Source: Chlamydiota bacterium (GTDB lineage Bacteria > Chlamydiota > Chlamydiia > Chlamydiales > SM23-39). Taken from it: a stretch of DNA of 30,078 nucleotides. The stretch spans positions 1 to 30,078 of the forward strand of contig JBCAXK010000017.1 in assembly GCA_038534095.1 (NCBI GenBank), given 5' to 3'. Positions within the stretch are counted from its first letter, which is position 1, and the number at the start of each line of letters is the position of its first letter. The notes beneath the pieces were generated by a model. The model was not told where the DNA came from and ran no database searches. It saw nothing but the letters and a program-made list of their open reading frames with translations. Below are positions 8,518-16,410 of the stretch, in pieces. The position numbers and the translations under genes were made by a program.

Positions 8518-10314
8518 CTATTGTTTGCGTCTAAGCATACGAGTAGTAGATTGCGCTCTTTTGATTGTTTGTCGGTTTTGCAAATCGTAAGGTCGACGGG
8601 GCGAACTAGTGGAAGCAGATTGCGTTCTTCGGGATCTTGGAACCGGCGTTGCTAAGGAAGAGTTATTAGATCTACCTGCAGAACTCCTTCTAAAAGAATC
8701 GCTTCGCTGGTGGCGTAGCGCACTGGCAGTAGTAGATTGTGTTCTTCGGGATCTTCTATACCGGCTTTCTGATGAAGACTTAGATCTAGCGGAAGAGCTC
8801 CTTCCAGGAGACTTCCCTCGTTGGCGCCGTGGCGATGGTTTTTTTTTGCCTTCCGATTTGGCCGAACTGGCCCAAGATCTTGCTCTTTCGTGGGATCTAG
8901 CGTTTCTGCGGTCTAATTTTTTCTTTTCATGAAGAACAATTTTTTGCATGCTTCCTGAAAGTAATGAGGCATCTTCCCCGAAGCGAACCTTAGTTGTTGA
9001 TAGAAGCTCTCGCGGTACAGATGGGATGTTATTTCCGCTTATGTACAGAGCGCGTAACCCAATAATAATGGGGGCAGATCGAAGTTTATTGTTTTTTAAA
9101 GCTAGTGTTTTTAAACCCATGGTCTTTAGCTCCTCCGGCAAGGATCTAAGTGCGTTCTCAGACAATTCTAGATGACGCAAAGATGTTAAGTGCTTAATTT
9201 CCTTTGGTATAGAAGATATTTTATTCTTATTAGCCGATAAAGTGTTTAAGCCTTTGCATGCAAAGATCTCTAGAGGGAGTTTTTGAAAACAATTGCCGTC
9301 CAAGTTTAAAACCCTTAATTTACCTAAATTCTTGAAGGATTCTGGTAAAGAGGGAATAGCATTGTTGTTTACTTTGAGAACAGCAAGATTTCCTAAAGAT
9401 CCCAGAACTTCGGGAACGGATCTAAGCCCATTATACCCCAAATCGAGGGAAGATAACCCATAAAAATACGGAAGCGTTTGGTAGAAACCTTCAAGCTTTG
9501 GATGGGTACTAAGATTCGAAAAAGAGAAATCGAGTTCTTTCCAAGATAGTAAATATCCTAGTAACAGTGGCAGATATTTAGGATCGAAGTCGTCAAAATC
9601 ATGCTGTTTTTCTTCGTAGCGAAATTTTTCTTTGACGATTTTATAGGCCATGTTTGACACACTTTTTAAGTATAAAATGAAAGGGTTGATCCCCTTGAGT
9701 TTGGTTTCGAATACAGAGTGATTCTGCCATCTAAACCACTTTTTCATTGCAAGTGGAATGAACACCTCTTCCATCAGTTGTTCCCGCCAAAAACCACCCA
9801 ATCTCTTAAATTTGCTCTGCACTCCTTCTATACCTGGGTTAGATAGAACTTGGCTTTTTGTGTCTCCCTGGTCTTGTATCCTTGAGGCGCATTTTTCCTC
9901 AGGAGAAGGTACGTGCTCTATTAATGTAAATACATCCGATACGAACCTCGAAGGGGCTGCGAGCACTGTTAATGCCCAAGGGTTGACAACAATCTCTGGA
10001 TCTCTATTTGTATGTACGAAGCGAAATAATCCGTAATCGGAGCCTTTTTTCTGCAAGATGCATCGAATCAATGAGGTGATTCTATCAACTTGTTTCGTCT
10101 GGGGATTTTCGGGGAAAAATGGTTTTATGATGAGCGCAAGAGATTCTGTAATAGCTTGAGGTGAGGAGTCTCGGGAATGTTGTAGCGATAAGATCTGTTT
10201 AGCTATGTCTTGTACAAACTTGTTTGTTTGATCTACTTGCTCGGTAGAGGGCTGTAGCCGACCATTTTGAGCTGCAGTTGAGACGGGCGCGTGATGAACG
10301 CTATGGGCTGACAT
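8518..10314 (-). CDS. Leucine-rich repeat protein with Arg/Ser-rich basic C-terminal tail; candidate effector
   Basis: About 8 LxxLxLxxNxLxxLP repeats (LSSLDLGYNGLRSVP, LRVLNLDGNCFQKLP, LRHLELSENALRSLP); polar low-complexity N-terminus; GGAG RBS at 10323-10326. Confidence 0.9.
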   Translation of the reverse strand: MSAHSVHHAPVSTAAQNGRLQPSTEQVDQTNKFVQDIAKQILSLQHSRDSSPQAITESLALIIKPFFPENPQTKQVDRITSLIRCILQKKGSDYGLFRFVHTNRDPEIVVNPWALTVLAAPSRFVSDVFTLIEHVPSPEEKCASRIQDQGDTKSQVLSNPGIEGVQSKFKRLGGFWREQLMEEVFIPLAMKKWFRWQNHSVFETKLKGINPFILYLKSVSNMAYKIVKEKFRYEEKQHDFDDFDPKYLPLLLGYLLSWKELDFSFSNLSTHPKLEGFYQTLPYFYGLSSLDLGYNGLRSVPEVLGSLGNLAVLKVNNNAIPSLPESFKNLGKLRVLNLDGNCFQKLPLEIFACKGLNTLSANKNKISSIPKEIKHLTSLRHLELSENALRSLPEELKTMGLKTLALKNNKLRSAPIIIGLRALYISGNNIPSVPRELLSTTKVRFGEDASLLSGSMQKIVLHEKKKLDRRNARSHERARSWASSAKSEGKKKPSPRRQRGKSPGRSSSARSKSSSESRYRRSRRTQSTTASALRHQRSDSFRRSSAGRSNNSSLATPVPRSRRTQSASTSSPRRPYDLQNRQTIKRAQSTTRMLRRKQ

Positions 10315-10876
10315 AATCTTTTCTCCATGATTTTTTTGTTTTTTTAAGCAATGAGCGCAGGCAAATCTTTCCTTTCAAATAGGCTACCTGCCTAGCTTGC
10401 GCAGGAAGAGTCCCATAGAAAACAGATTTTTTCGTAAAAATCGCATATTCAAAAGGCACAACCTCGAGTGGGCGCGGTTCTTTAGAGTTGATGAGCAGAT
10501 CGCGATAAGAGCCGCTAATGATCACGCTGTTTTTTTGATATAAAAAATTTGAAAAACATCATAAACCTGTTGCCCAATTTATAGGCAGTTTTTTCAAAGA
10601 GATGTACATTTTTACAAAGGTTTACTCGCCAATCGAGTGGGGGAGAGTCATTTCTTTTGGAAAACGATTTGAAGATATCTCCTTGGAGGCTTATGAGCGG
10701 GAGCGGCGTTGTACTAAGGGTTTTTTATGAGAACCCGCTTTCTTTTGCAAGCGCTTCATGGCTCGAATTTTGAGGAGGAGTGGACGTATGGCCCCAGGGA
10801 TCTAAAAAGGCGATTATTTGATCGGGAGCTTGCCCGATGATGTTGGAACGCTTCCCCATCACGAAAACTTTGGAAG

Positions 10877-10896
10877 GGGGAGATGCCCATCTCCCC
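10877..10896 (-). terminator. Hairpin downstream of the lipoprotein gene, possible terminator
   Basis: GGGGAGAT-GCCC-ATCTCCCC inverted repeat about 20 bp past the stop at 10919; U-tract weak. Confidence 0.45.
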
Positions 10897-10918
10897 GAAA
10901 ATACCTTGCTTCCCGAAG

Positions 10919-11215
10919 TTAGATGGGTTTTGGTGAGGGTTTCTTCGAATCTTTCAGAGAAGTAGATTTTTTTTGATCAAGCGGCTTTTTTTGCGCGACT
11001 TTTGGCGACTGTTCTTTCGAGGCGTTTTCTGCAGCGCTTGTAGAGGATTTTGCGGGGGATTCTGTTTTACTATGGTAACATCTACCACCATGTTCCTGGT
11101 TTTCCTGATACTCCTGCTCTTTTTCATGATTCATTTCTTGGCCTTGCTCTTGGCCACAAGATTGCAATGATAGGGACGCTACAAACGTTGCCACTACTAA
11201 GACATATTTTTTCAT
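10919..11215 (-). CDS. Small low-complexity lipoprotein
   Basis: MKKYVLVVATFVASLSLQS|C lipobox; GAGGT RBS at 11221-11225 favours ATG 11215; Glu/Gln block then Lys/Ser/Pro block. Confidence 0.75.
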   Translation of the reverse strand: MKKYVLVVATFVASLSLQSCGQEQGQEMNHEKEQEYQENQEHGGRCYHSKTESPAKSSTSAAENASKEQSPKVAQKKPLDQKKSTSLKDSKKPSPKPI

Positions 11216-11288
11216 CAGATACCTCATTCGTCGTATTCACCGAATACTAGCCCACATTTTTAATTATTTAAATAGAAACTTACACGCC

Positions 11289-11304
11289 TGGCACGCTTTT
11301 TACA
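11289..11304 (+). promoter_or_regulatory. Putative sigma54 (-24/-12) promoter
   Basis: TGGCACG-CTTT-TTACA versus consensus TGGCACG-N4-TTGCW (one mismatch, at the -12 G), 40 bp upstream of ATG 11345. Confidence 0.55.
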
Positions 11305-11344
11305 GAGTATATAAATAGAAAGGATCATCAAAAAGGGGGAAAGA

Positions 11345-11548
11345 ATGGGTGAAGAAAATACAGTAGCAAAATTACAATCGATCAACGATCAATTAGCCGC
11401 TGAAATCCGGTATCTCGATGATTTAGCGCGTAAGTTGGGATTTGTCGATGGGATCAAAACCCTCAAAGAGGCAGCGATAGAACTCATTGAAATAGAAGAA
11501 CAAATGGGCGATTTTAACAAAAAAGACGAAGACAATCCTCTTGCGTGA
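11345..11548 (+). CDS. Small acidic helical hypothetical protein, apparently a conserved chlamydial family
   Basis: 67 aa, strong GGGGG RBS; pattern KLQSINDQL..E..YLD.L..KLGF.DG..TLK.AA.EL recalled from chlamydial hypothetical proteins (not verified by search). Confidence 0.8.
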   Translation: MGEENTVAKLQSINDQLAAEIRYLDDLARKLGFVDGIKTLKEAAIELIEIEEQMGDFNKKDEDNPLA

Positions 11549-13913
11549 TCGAGGCATCTACAAGGGCGCTATAGAGAAGCTTATCTTGTTTGAGCTGGAG
11601 GATTTTTTCTTCAATCGTATCTTTAGCGATGTATCTTTTGACAAGGAGCGGCTCTTTTCTGCCAATCCGGTGAGCTCTAGCGATCGCTTGTTGTTCCGCC
11701 GATTCGTTCCACCAAGGGTCTAACATCAAAACTAGGTGGGCTTCAGGCAAATTGATGCCGACGCTAGCTGCTTTGATGCTAAGCAGGAAAACTTTTCCTG
11801 AAGGAGCCGACCGAAACGTGGCAATTCTTTTCTCCCTTTCCCGAAGAGAAACGGTCCCATCGATATAAAGAGGGGAAAAATTTCTCTCAATGAGCGCTTT
11901 TTCGACGAAGCGGAGTGCTTTTGTAAACGCGCTAAAAATAAGAACTTTTTTGTTCCGTAGCTGTTCAAGGTCAGCAAATAGGGCAGAAAATTTTTCTGAA
12001 GGGGCCAAATCTCCGAGCAAAGCAGGAGCGATCGCGCTCTGGCGAAGGCGTAGAATCATTTCTAAGGCAGACGGGGAGCTCTGCCTTAGCTCTTCTTGTT
12101 TTTTTTGATAAAAGGCTTGGTGCTCTGCACCTAAAGAAAGGAGTACTTCTTGGACTGTGATGGGAGGAAGCTCAAGATTGACCTCTTCTTTTGTTCTTTT
12201 GCAAAGAAAAGGCCGAAGCTTTGGGATCACAAGGTTTTTTTCTAGGTGTGCCTCCTGAATAAATGTTTTTCTTTCTCCTAAAATTTTGGGATGCACACAA
12301 GAAAATTGTGCCCATAGCTCCTCATAAGCGTTATCAATAGGTGTTCCATTGAGCGCAAAGCAAGACCGTTTTTTTAGGTTCATCAGAGACTCGTAGGTAG
12401 AGGATTTTGGATTTTTCACCTGTGAGGATTCATCCATGACGATCACGTCAAAAAACATCTTTTCAAATAGAGGAAGATCCCGAGTCAAAGTGGCGTAGGA
12501 GGTGATGATGAATCTCTCTTCATCAAGGGATGGTTTCCGGCGCTTGCCTAAATGGACGTAAGGGGTTTCTCCTAAAAAGCGGGTAGCCTCTTTTTCCCAG
12601 TGAAAAACTAGGTGAGCAGGAGCGATGATGAGCTTATTTTTTCCTGTCAAGCAAGCAAAAAAAGCGAGCACTTGGACGGTTTTTCCAAGGCCCATTTCAT
12701 CGGCTAATAGTCCTCCCCAACCCTGAAGGTAGAGCCCATGCATCCAAGCAAGCCCCTCTTCTTGGTAGGGGTAGAGCTTCCCAAGAAAGGTTCCTTTCAA
12801 CTCAACTTTTGGAGGAAAAAGAAGCTGCTTAAAAGAGGGATCTGCTCCTGAAAAATCATCCGACGGGTCAAAAAGACCAAGCGTCGTATGATCCAGAGCG
12901 CCTCCGTTTTCTGAGATGGCTACCTTTTTGAACCTAGCGAGTTTCTTCTCGAAGGGAGGATCAATGAGAAAGGTCTTTTTTTCTCCAAAAGGGCCTTCTA
13001 TCATGACAAATGGGGAACCTGTTTTTGCTGCTTGCAAAAAGCCTCGAATATTTGCAGGATTTTCTATGCCGTTTGCTGCAATCGTAAGGTGCTTTCCGAC
13101 GATTTTCCAAGATGCATCGTTGCAAAAGAGGACCGGGCGGCTCATTTTATCCAAAATTTTCCAATCTAGTGAGGCTAAAAGCTCTAAAGAGGTGAATAGC
13201 TCTTCTCTTGGGGGGAAAAGTCCTTGCGGATGGAAGCGCCATCCTAGACTTTCTAAGTCTTTTTGGTAGGGGCGTCTCTCTTCAAGGGAGGGGATTTGTA
13301 AGGCTTGTTTTAGAGGGTGATACCCTAATAGAGTAAACACCTTTCCGTAGTGATCAGCCATCTGTAAGGTGGGTTGTAGCTTGGTCGCATTTTTCCGGAA
13401 GGGGAGCTCCTCATCGTAAAAGTGGCGAATCCAAGCAGGTCCTTTCTCAAGAGCTCTCCAGTGTCTTGCTGGAAGCGTTGTATCGAGTTTTCCTATCGTA
13501 CTATTCCAAAGAACGCAAGGGGGGCAAGAGAGGAAAAGAGTTTTTGGAGCATACTCCTTTCCCTCATGCTGTATCGAGTAGTCGACAAAGCAGCGACGTT
13601 TCTCCTCCTCTAGTACAGTGAAGATGGGAGTGATCCCCTGTTCCAGGACAAGGAGACGCTCCCCCTTGTAGTAGAGCGCCTTCTTTGCCCCTTGAATGGC
13701 TGTCCATAGGGAAGATGGTCGGATAGGGACTTTCGAAAAAATCAGAGTGTCTAAGCTTTCTCCCGATTCTTTACGCTGTTCTTGCAATAAAAATGTTGCA
13801 AAGGGCTTGCCGAGTTCTTTGACTAAATCGTGCCAAAAGAGGGGCTTTTTCGCTTTGAGGACGAGAAAAAAAGCTCCTTCTAGTAGAGTAAGATGGAAGG
13901 AAATGGAGTTCAC
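11514..13913 (-). CDS. SNF2/SWI2-family DEAD/DEAH-box helicase-like ATPase (start uncertain; frame open to 14111)
   Basis: LYPYQEEG (Q motif), GGLLADEMGLGKT (I), VMDESSQVKN (II), LNGTPIDN (III), KVLIFSAF, VGINLPEA, DPWWN, QAIARAHRIG (VI); GTG at 13913 chosen to avoid head-to-head overlap. Confidence 0.92.
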   Translation of the reverse strand: MNSISFHLTLLEGAFFLVLKAKKPLFWHDLVKELGKPFATFLLQEQRKESGESLDTLIFSKVPIRPSSLWTAIQGAKKALYYKGERLLVLEQGITPIFTVLEEEKRRCFVDYSIQHEGKEYAPKTLFLSCPPCVLWNSTIGKLDTTLPARHWRALEKGPAWIRHFYDEELPFRKNATKLQPTLQMADHYGKVFTLLGYHPLKQALQIPSLEERRPYQKDLESLGWRFHPQGLFPPREELFTSLELLASLDWKILDKMSRPVLFCNDASWKIVGKHLTIAANGIENPANIRGFLQAAKTGSPFVMIEGPFGEKKTFLIDPPFEKKLARFKKVAISENGGALDHTTLGLFDPSDDFSGADPSFKQLLFPPKVELKGTFLGKLYPYQEEGLAWMHGLYLQGWGGLLADEMGLGKTVQVLAFFACLTGKNKLIIAPAHLVFHWEKEATRFLGETPYVHLGKRRKPSLDEERFIITSYATLTRDLPLFEKMFFDVIVMDESSQVKNPKSSTYESLMNLKKRSCFALNGTPIDNAYEELWAQFSCVHPKILGERKTFIQEAHLEKNLVIPKLRPFLCKRTKEEVNLELPPITVQEVLLSLGAEHQAFYQKKQEELRQSSPSALEMILRLRQSAIAPALLGDLAPSEKFSALFADLEQLRNKKVLIFSAFTKALRFVEKALIERNFSPLYIDGTVSLREREKRIATFRSAPSGKVFLLSIKAASVGINLPEAHLVLMLDPWWNESAEQQAIARAHRIGRKEPLLVKRYIAKDTIEEKILQLKQDKLLYSALVDASITQEDCLRLFC

Positions 13914-13959
13914 AATGGGAGAAACCTGCAATACTTCAGAAAATCGGGAGAAAAATAGT

Positions 13960-14826
13960 ATGCGTGAAAGGCTCGATTTGTTTGAAGAAAAGAAGCGGCA
14001 AATCGAAGAAAAAGAGAAATTTTTGCAAAAAACCTTTCCGTTAAAGATCCTAAAAAAATTGCCCAACATGGAGGGGATCACAAAAAGAACAGCCCGCTTT
14101 TTGCGTTTCAAAAGTCTTGTTTACCTCCTTAGACATGATCACCCAAAGATTTTTCTGCGCCATTTTCTCAAGCATCCTTTCCGTTACGCTCTCGGTCTGG
14201 GGAGATCGTATCTATCTCGAGGGAAGAGAGAAGGGGATTTTTTTCTTTGCAATACCCCGAGCGTAGATGCCTTTGCAAACAAACTTGTAAACAAAGACCA
14301 TCTCTTCGTCCTCGGATTTTCCTACTGCCATAAACCTTTTGAGTGCCCTTCTGGGCGCTTCAACGATCGTTGTGACTTTGAGGAAGATCACCCAGTCTGC
14401 GGACAGTGTTTTATTGGGAAGTGCCGCGCTCTTGCCAAGAACGCAAGGCTTCTTTTGATCCCAACGGTTCATTACATTGGAGAAAAAATGATGGAGATGG
14501 TTCACGAGCATCCTAAGAAAAAGGTACTTTTTCTCATCACTGCGTGTGAGATGAGTCTCCGAATGTTTCACGATTGGGGCGTTATGCTTGGCATTGAAGG
14601 TCTAGGCGTCCGCTTAGATGGGAGAATTTGCAACACAATGCGGGCATTTGTCCTATCCGAACAGGGGATCAAGCCAGGTTTAACGGTCGTTTTACCCGAG
14701 ACGCAAGAAAAAATTCTAGAACTGCTTAAGATCCGCGGAGCTTACGGAAAGGTTTTGGATGCTCACTCTCATCAAAAGGGCGCACCCTCCCCGAAGAGCA
14801 AGAAGAGCTGCAAAGCCCTTTTTTAG
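13960..14826 (+). CDS. Cys-rich conserved protein, DUF116-like (putative metal-binding)
   Basis: YCHKPFECPSGRFNDRC...CGQCFIGKC, ITACE, GRICN motifs; GGGAG RBS ahead of ATG 13960 (frame open from 13696). Confidence 0.65.
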   Translation: MRERLDLFEEKKRQIEEKEKFLQKTFPLKILKKLPNMEGITKRTARFLRFKSLVYLLRHDHPKIFLRHFLKHPFRYALGLGRSYLSRGKREGDFFLCNTPSVDAFANKLVNKDHLFVLGFSYCHKPFECPSGRFNDRCDFEEDHPVCGQCFIGKCRALAKNARLLLIPTVHYIGEKMMEMVHEHPKKKVLFLITACEMSLRMFHDWGVMLGIEGLGVRLDGRICNTMRAFVLSEQGIKPGLTVVLPETQEKILELLKIRGAYGKVLDAHSHQKGAPSPKSKKSCKALF

Positions 14827-15640
14827 CTTGTACGCACTTGGGGCAACAAGTAAAGAGTTTGTTACAATCCATATTTGCGCAGTTGTAATAGAGGTCAGAC
14901 GGCTCCTCGCAATAGATGCATGTGGAGAGAACTTCTTGAGATCCGATCGGTACGGTCATCCGGTCATCAAAGACAAAAAGCTTCCCTTTCCAGTGGGAAG
15001 CGCCCATCTCCTCGGCGTACTGGATGACTCCCCCCTGGAGTTGAAATACCTGCTTAAACCCTCTTTTCTTCAAATAAGCAGAGTAGTACTCACACCGGAT
15101 TCCTCCTGTGCAATACATCAGCACCGTCTGTTTATTTTTATCTACTCTTTTCTCTAGCTCCTCTGCGTAAGCAGGAAATTCACGAAAAGAGTCTACCGGG
15201 GGTAAAATGGCTCCAGAAAAATGGCCCACATCCGATTCGTAACGATTGCGCACATCGACGACAAACGTATTGGGATCCTTGGCATCTAAGCGCTCTTTCC
15301 ACTCCTGGGGAGACAAATGGCTGCTTGCCTCAGAAAAATCGACAGGCACATCAAAAGCGCAGAGCTGCTCACGCATTTTTACGGTGAGTTTTTCAAAGGC
15401 GTGCTCAGAAGTTTCTTGAACTTTTAGGGGAGCTTTTGCAAACGGGGATTCCCGTTTCCAGCAGCAAAACCGGTCATAAGCACCCTTTTCCAAAGAAAGC
15501 TGGGCGTTGATTCCCTCTTGGGAAATGTAAATGCGGCCTTTGGCATCTAACTCTTCTAAGGTTTTTTTGAGAGAGGTAAGGGTCTCTTCTACCGATTCGA
15601 TAGGAAAAAATTGATAAAAAGAAAGGGCTAAGTGGGACAT
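14726..15640 (-). CDS. trhO: tRNA uridine(34) hydroxylase, rhodanese family (YceA/TrhO)
   Basis: GRIYISQEGINAQ, VDVRNRYESDVGHF, MYCTGGIRCE, QLQGGVIQY, WKGKLFVFDDR, Cys-rich C-terminal NCANMDCN. Confidence 0.93.
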   Translation of the reverse strand: MSHLALSFYQFFPIESVEETLTSLKKTLEELDAKGRIYISQEGINAQLSLEKGAYDRFCCWKRESPFAKAPLKVQETSEHAFEKLTVKMREQLCAFDVPVDFSEASSHLSPQEWKERLDAKDPNTFVVDVRNRYESDVGHFSGAILPPVDSFREFPAYAEELEKRVDKNKQTVLMYCTGGIRCEYYSAYLKKRGFKQVFQLQGGVIQYAEEMGASHWKGKLFVFDDRMTVPIGSQEVLSTCIYCEEPSDLYYNCANMDCNKLFTCCPKCVQAKKGLCSSSCSSGRVRPFDESEHPKPFRKLRGS

Positions 15641-15731
15641 ACGGTATTGCAGCAAAAAACCAAGGATAACATTTTCTTAAGAGCTTAAGTTTACTAAATT
15701 ACAGGGAGGTTCTGCAAGAGGAGAATACCAC

Positions 15732-15760
15732 TTGTTGAAAAAGGAATTTTTCTCTATGAT
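15732..15760 (+). promoter_or_regulatory. Putative sigma70/sigma66 promoter of rpsD
   Basis: TTGTTG-N17-TATGAT, then AGGAG RBS at 15783-15787. Confidence 0.4.
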
Positions 15761-15792
15761 CTATGATAAAAGTAGTATTTTTAGGAGAAAGA

Positions 15793-16410
15793 ATGGCCAG
15801 GTACAGAGGTCCAAAGAACCGCATTGCTAGAAAGTTTGGAGTCAACATTTTTGGGAAATTTCGCAATCCTTTGCTTCATAAACCCAACCCTCCAGGGATG
15901 CATGGGGCAAAAAGGAAGAAAAAATCTGATTATGGCACCCAGCTAGAAGAGAAGCAAAAATTGCGCGCGGTCTACGGGATGCTCAGTCAAAAGCAGTTGA
16001 TCAAAGCCTACAACCAAGCGGCAAAAAACCCTGAAAACACCTCTCACGTTTTTTTAGAACTTCTTGAGTCTAGGCTCGATAATATTGTTTACAGGCTCCG
16101 ATTTGGGTCTACGATCTTTGCAGCCCAGCAACTTGTGTCCCATGGGCACATTTTTGTGAATGGAAAGCGGGTCGATCGTCGCTCTTTTCGCGTGAAGCCG
16201 GGTATGACAATTTCTGTCAAAAAAGAATCACAAAACATCAAAGCGATTCAAATCGCAACCCAAAATACTTCTGTAGAAGTTCCCGATTATTTGACCCTAT
16301 CCGATCAGTTTACAGGGAAAATGGAGGCGGCTCCCGCTTACGATCTCATTTCTCTCCCTCTTCCGATCAACGTTCCCCTGGTTTGTGAATTCATTGGCCA
16401 TACGGCTTAA
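15793..16410 (+). CDS. rpsD: 30S ribosomal protein S4
   Basis: MARYRGPKNRIARKFG, PPGMHG, SDYGTQLEEKQK, LESRLDNIVYR, QLVSHGHIFVNG; AGGAG RBS. Confidence 0.99.
   Translation: MARYRGPKNRIARKFGVNIFGKFRNPLLHKPNPPGMHGAKRKKKSDYGTQLEEKQKLRAVYGMLSQKQLIKAYNQAAKNPENTSHVFLELLESRLDNIVYRLRFGSTIFAAQQLVSHGHIFVNGKRVDRRSFRVKPGMTISVKKESQNIKAIQIATQNTSVEVPDYLTLSDQFTGKMEAAPAYDLISLPLPINVPLVCEFIGHTA

Noticed and set aside
10301..10870. 74-aa ORF and other short ORFs upstream of the LRR gene
   Set aside because: The 74-aa ORF overlaps the LRR start; no motifs; could be decayed gene debris but I cannot support it
14959..14968. TCCGGTCATC match to the tRNA-Leu 3' end as a possible att site
   Set aside because: Only 10 bp and inside the trhO coding sequence; chance
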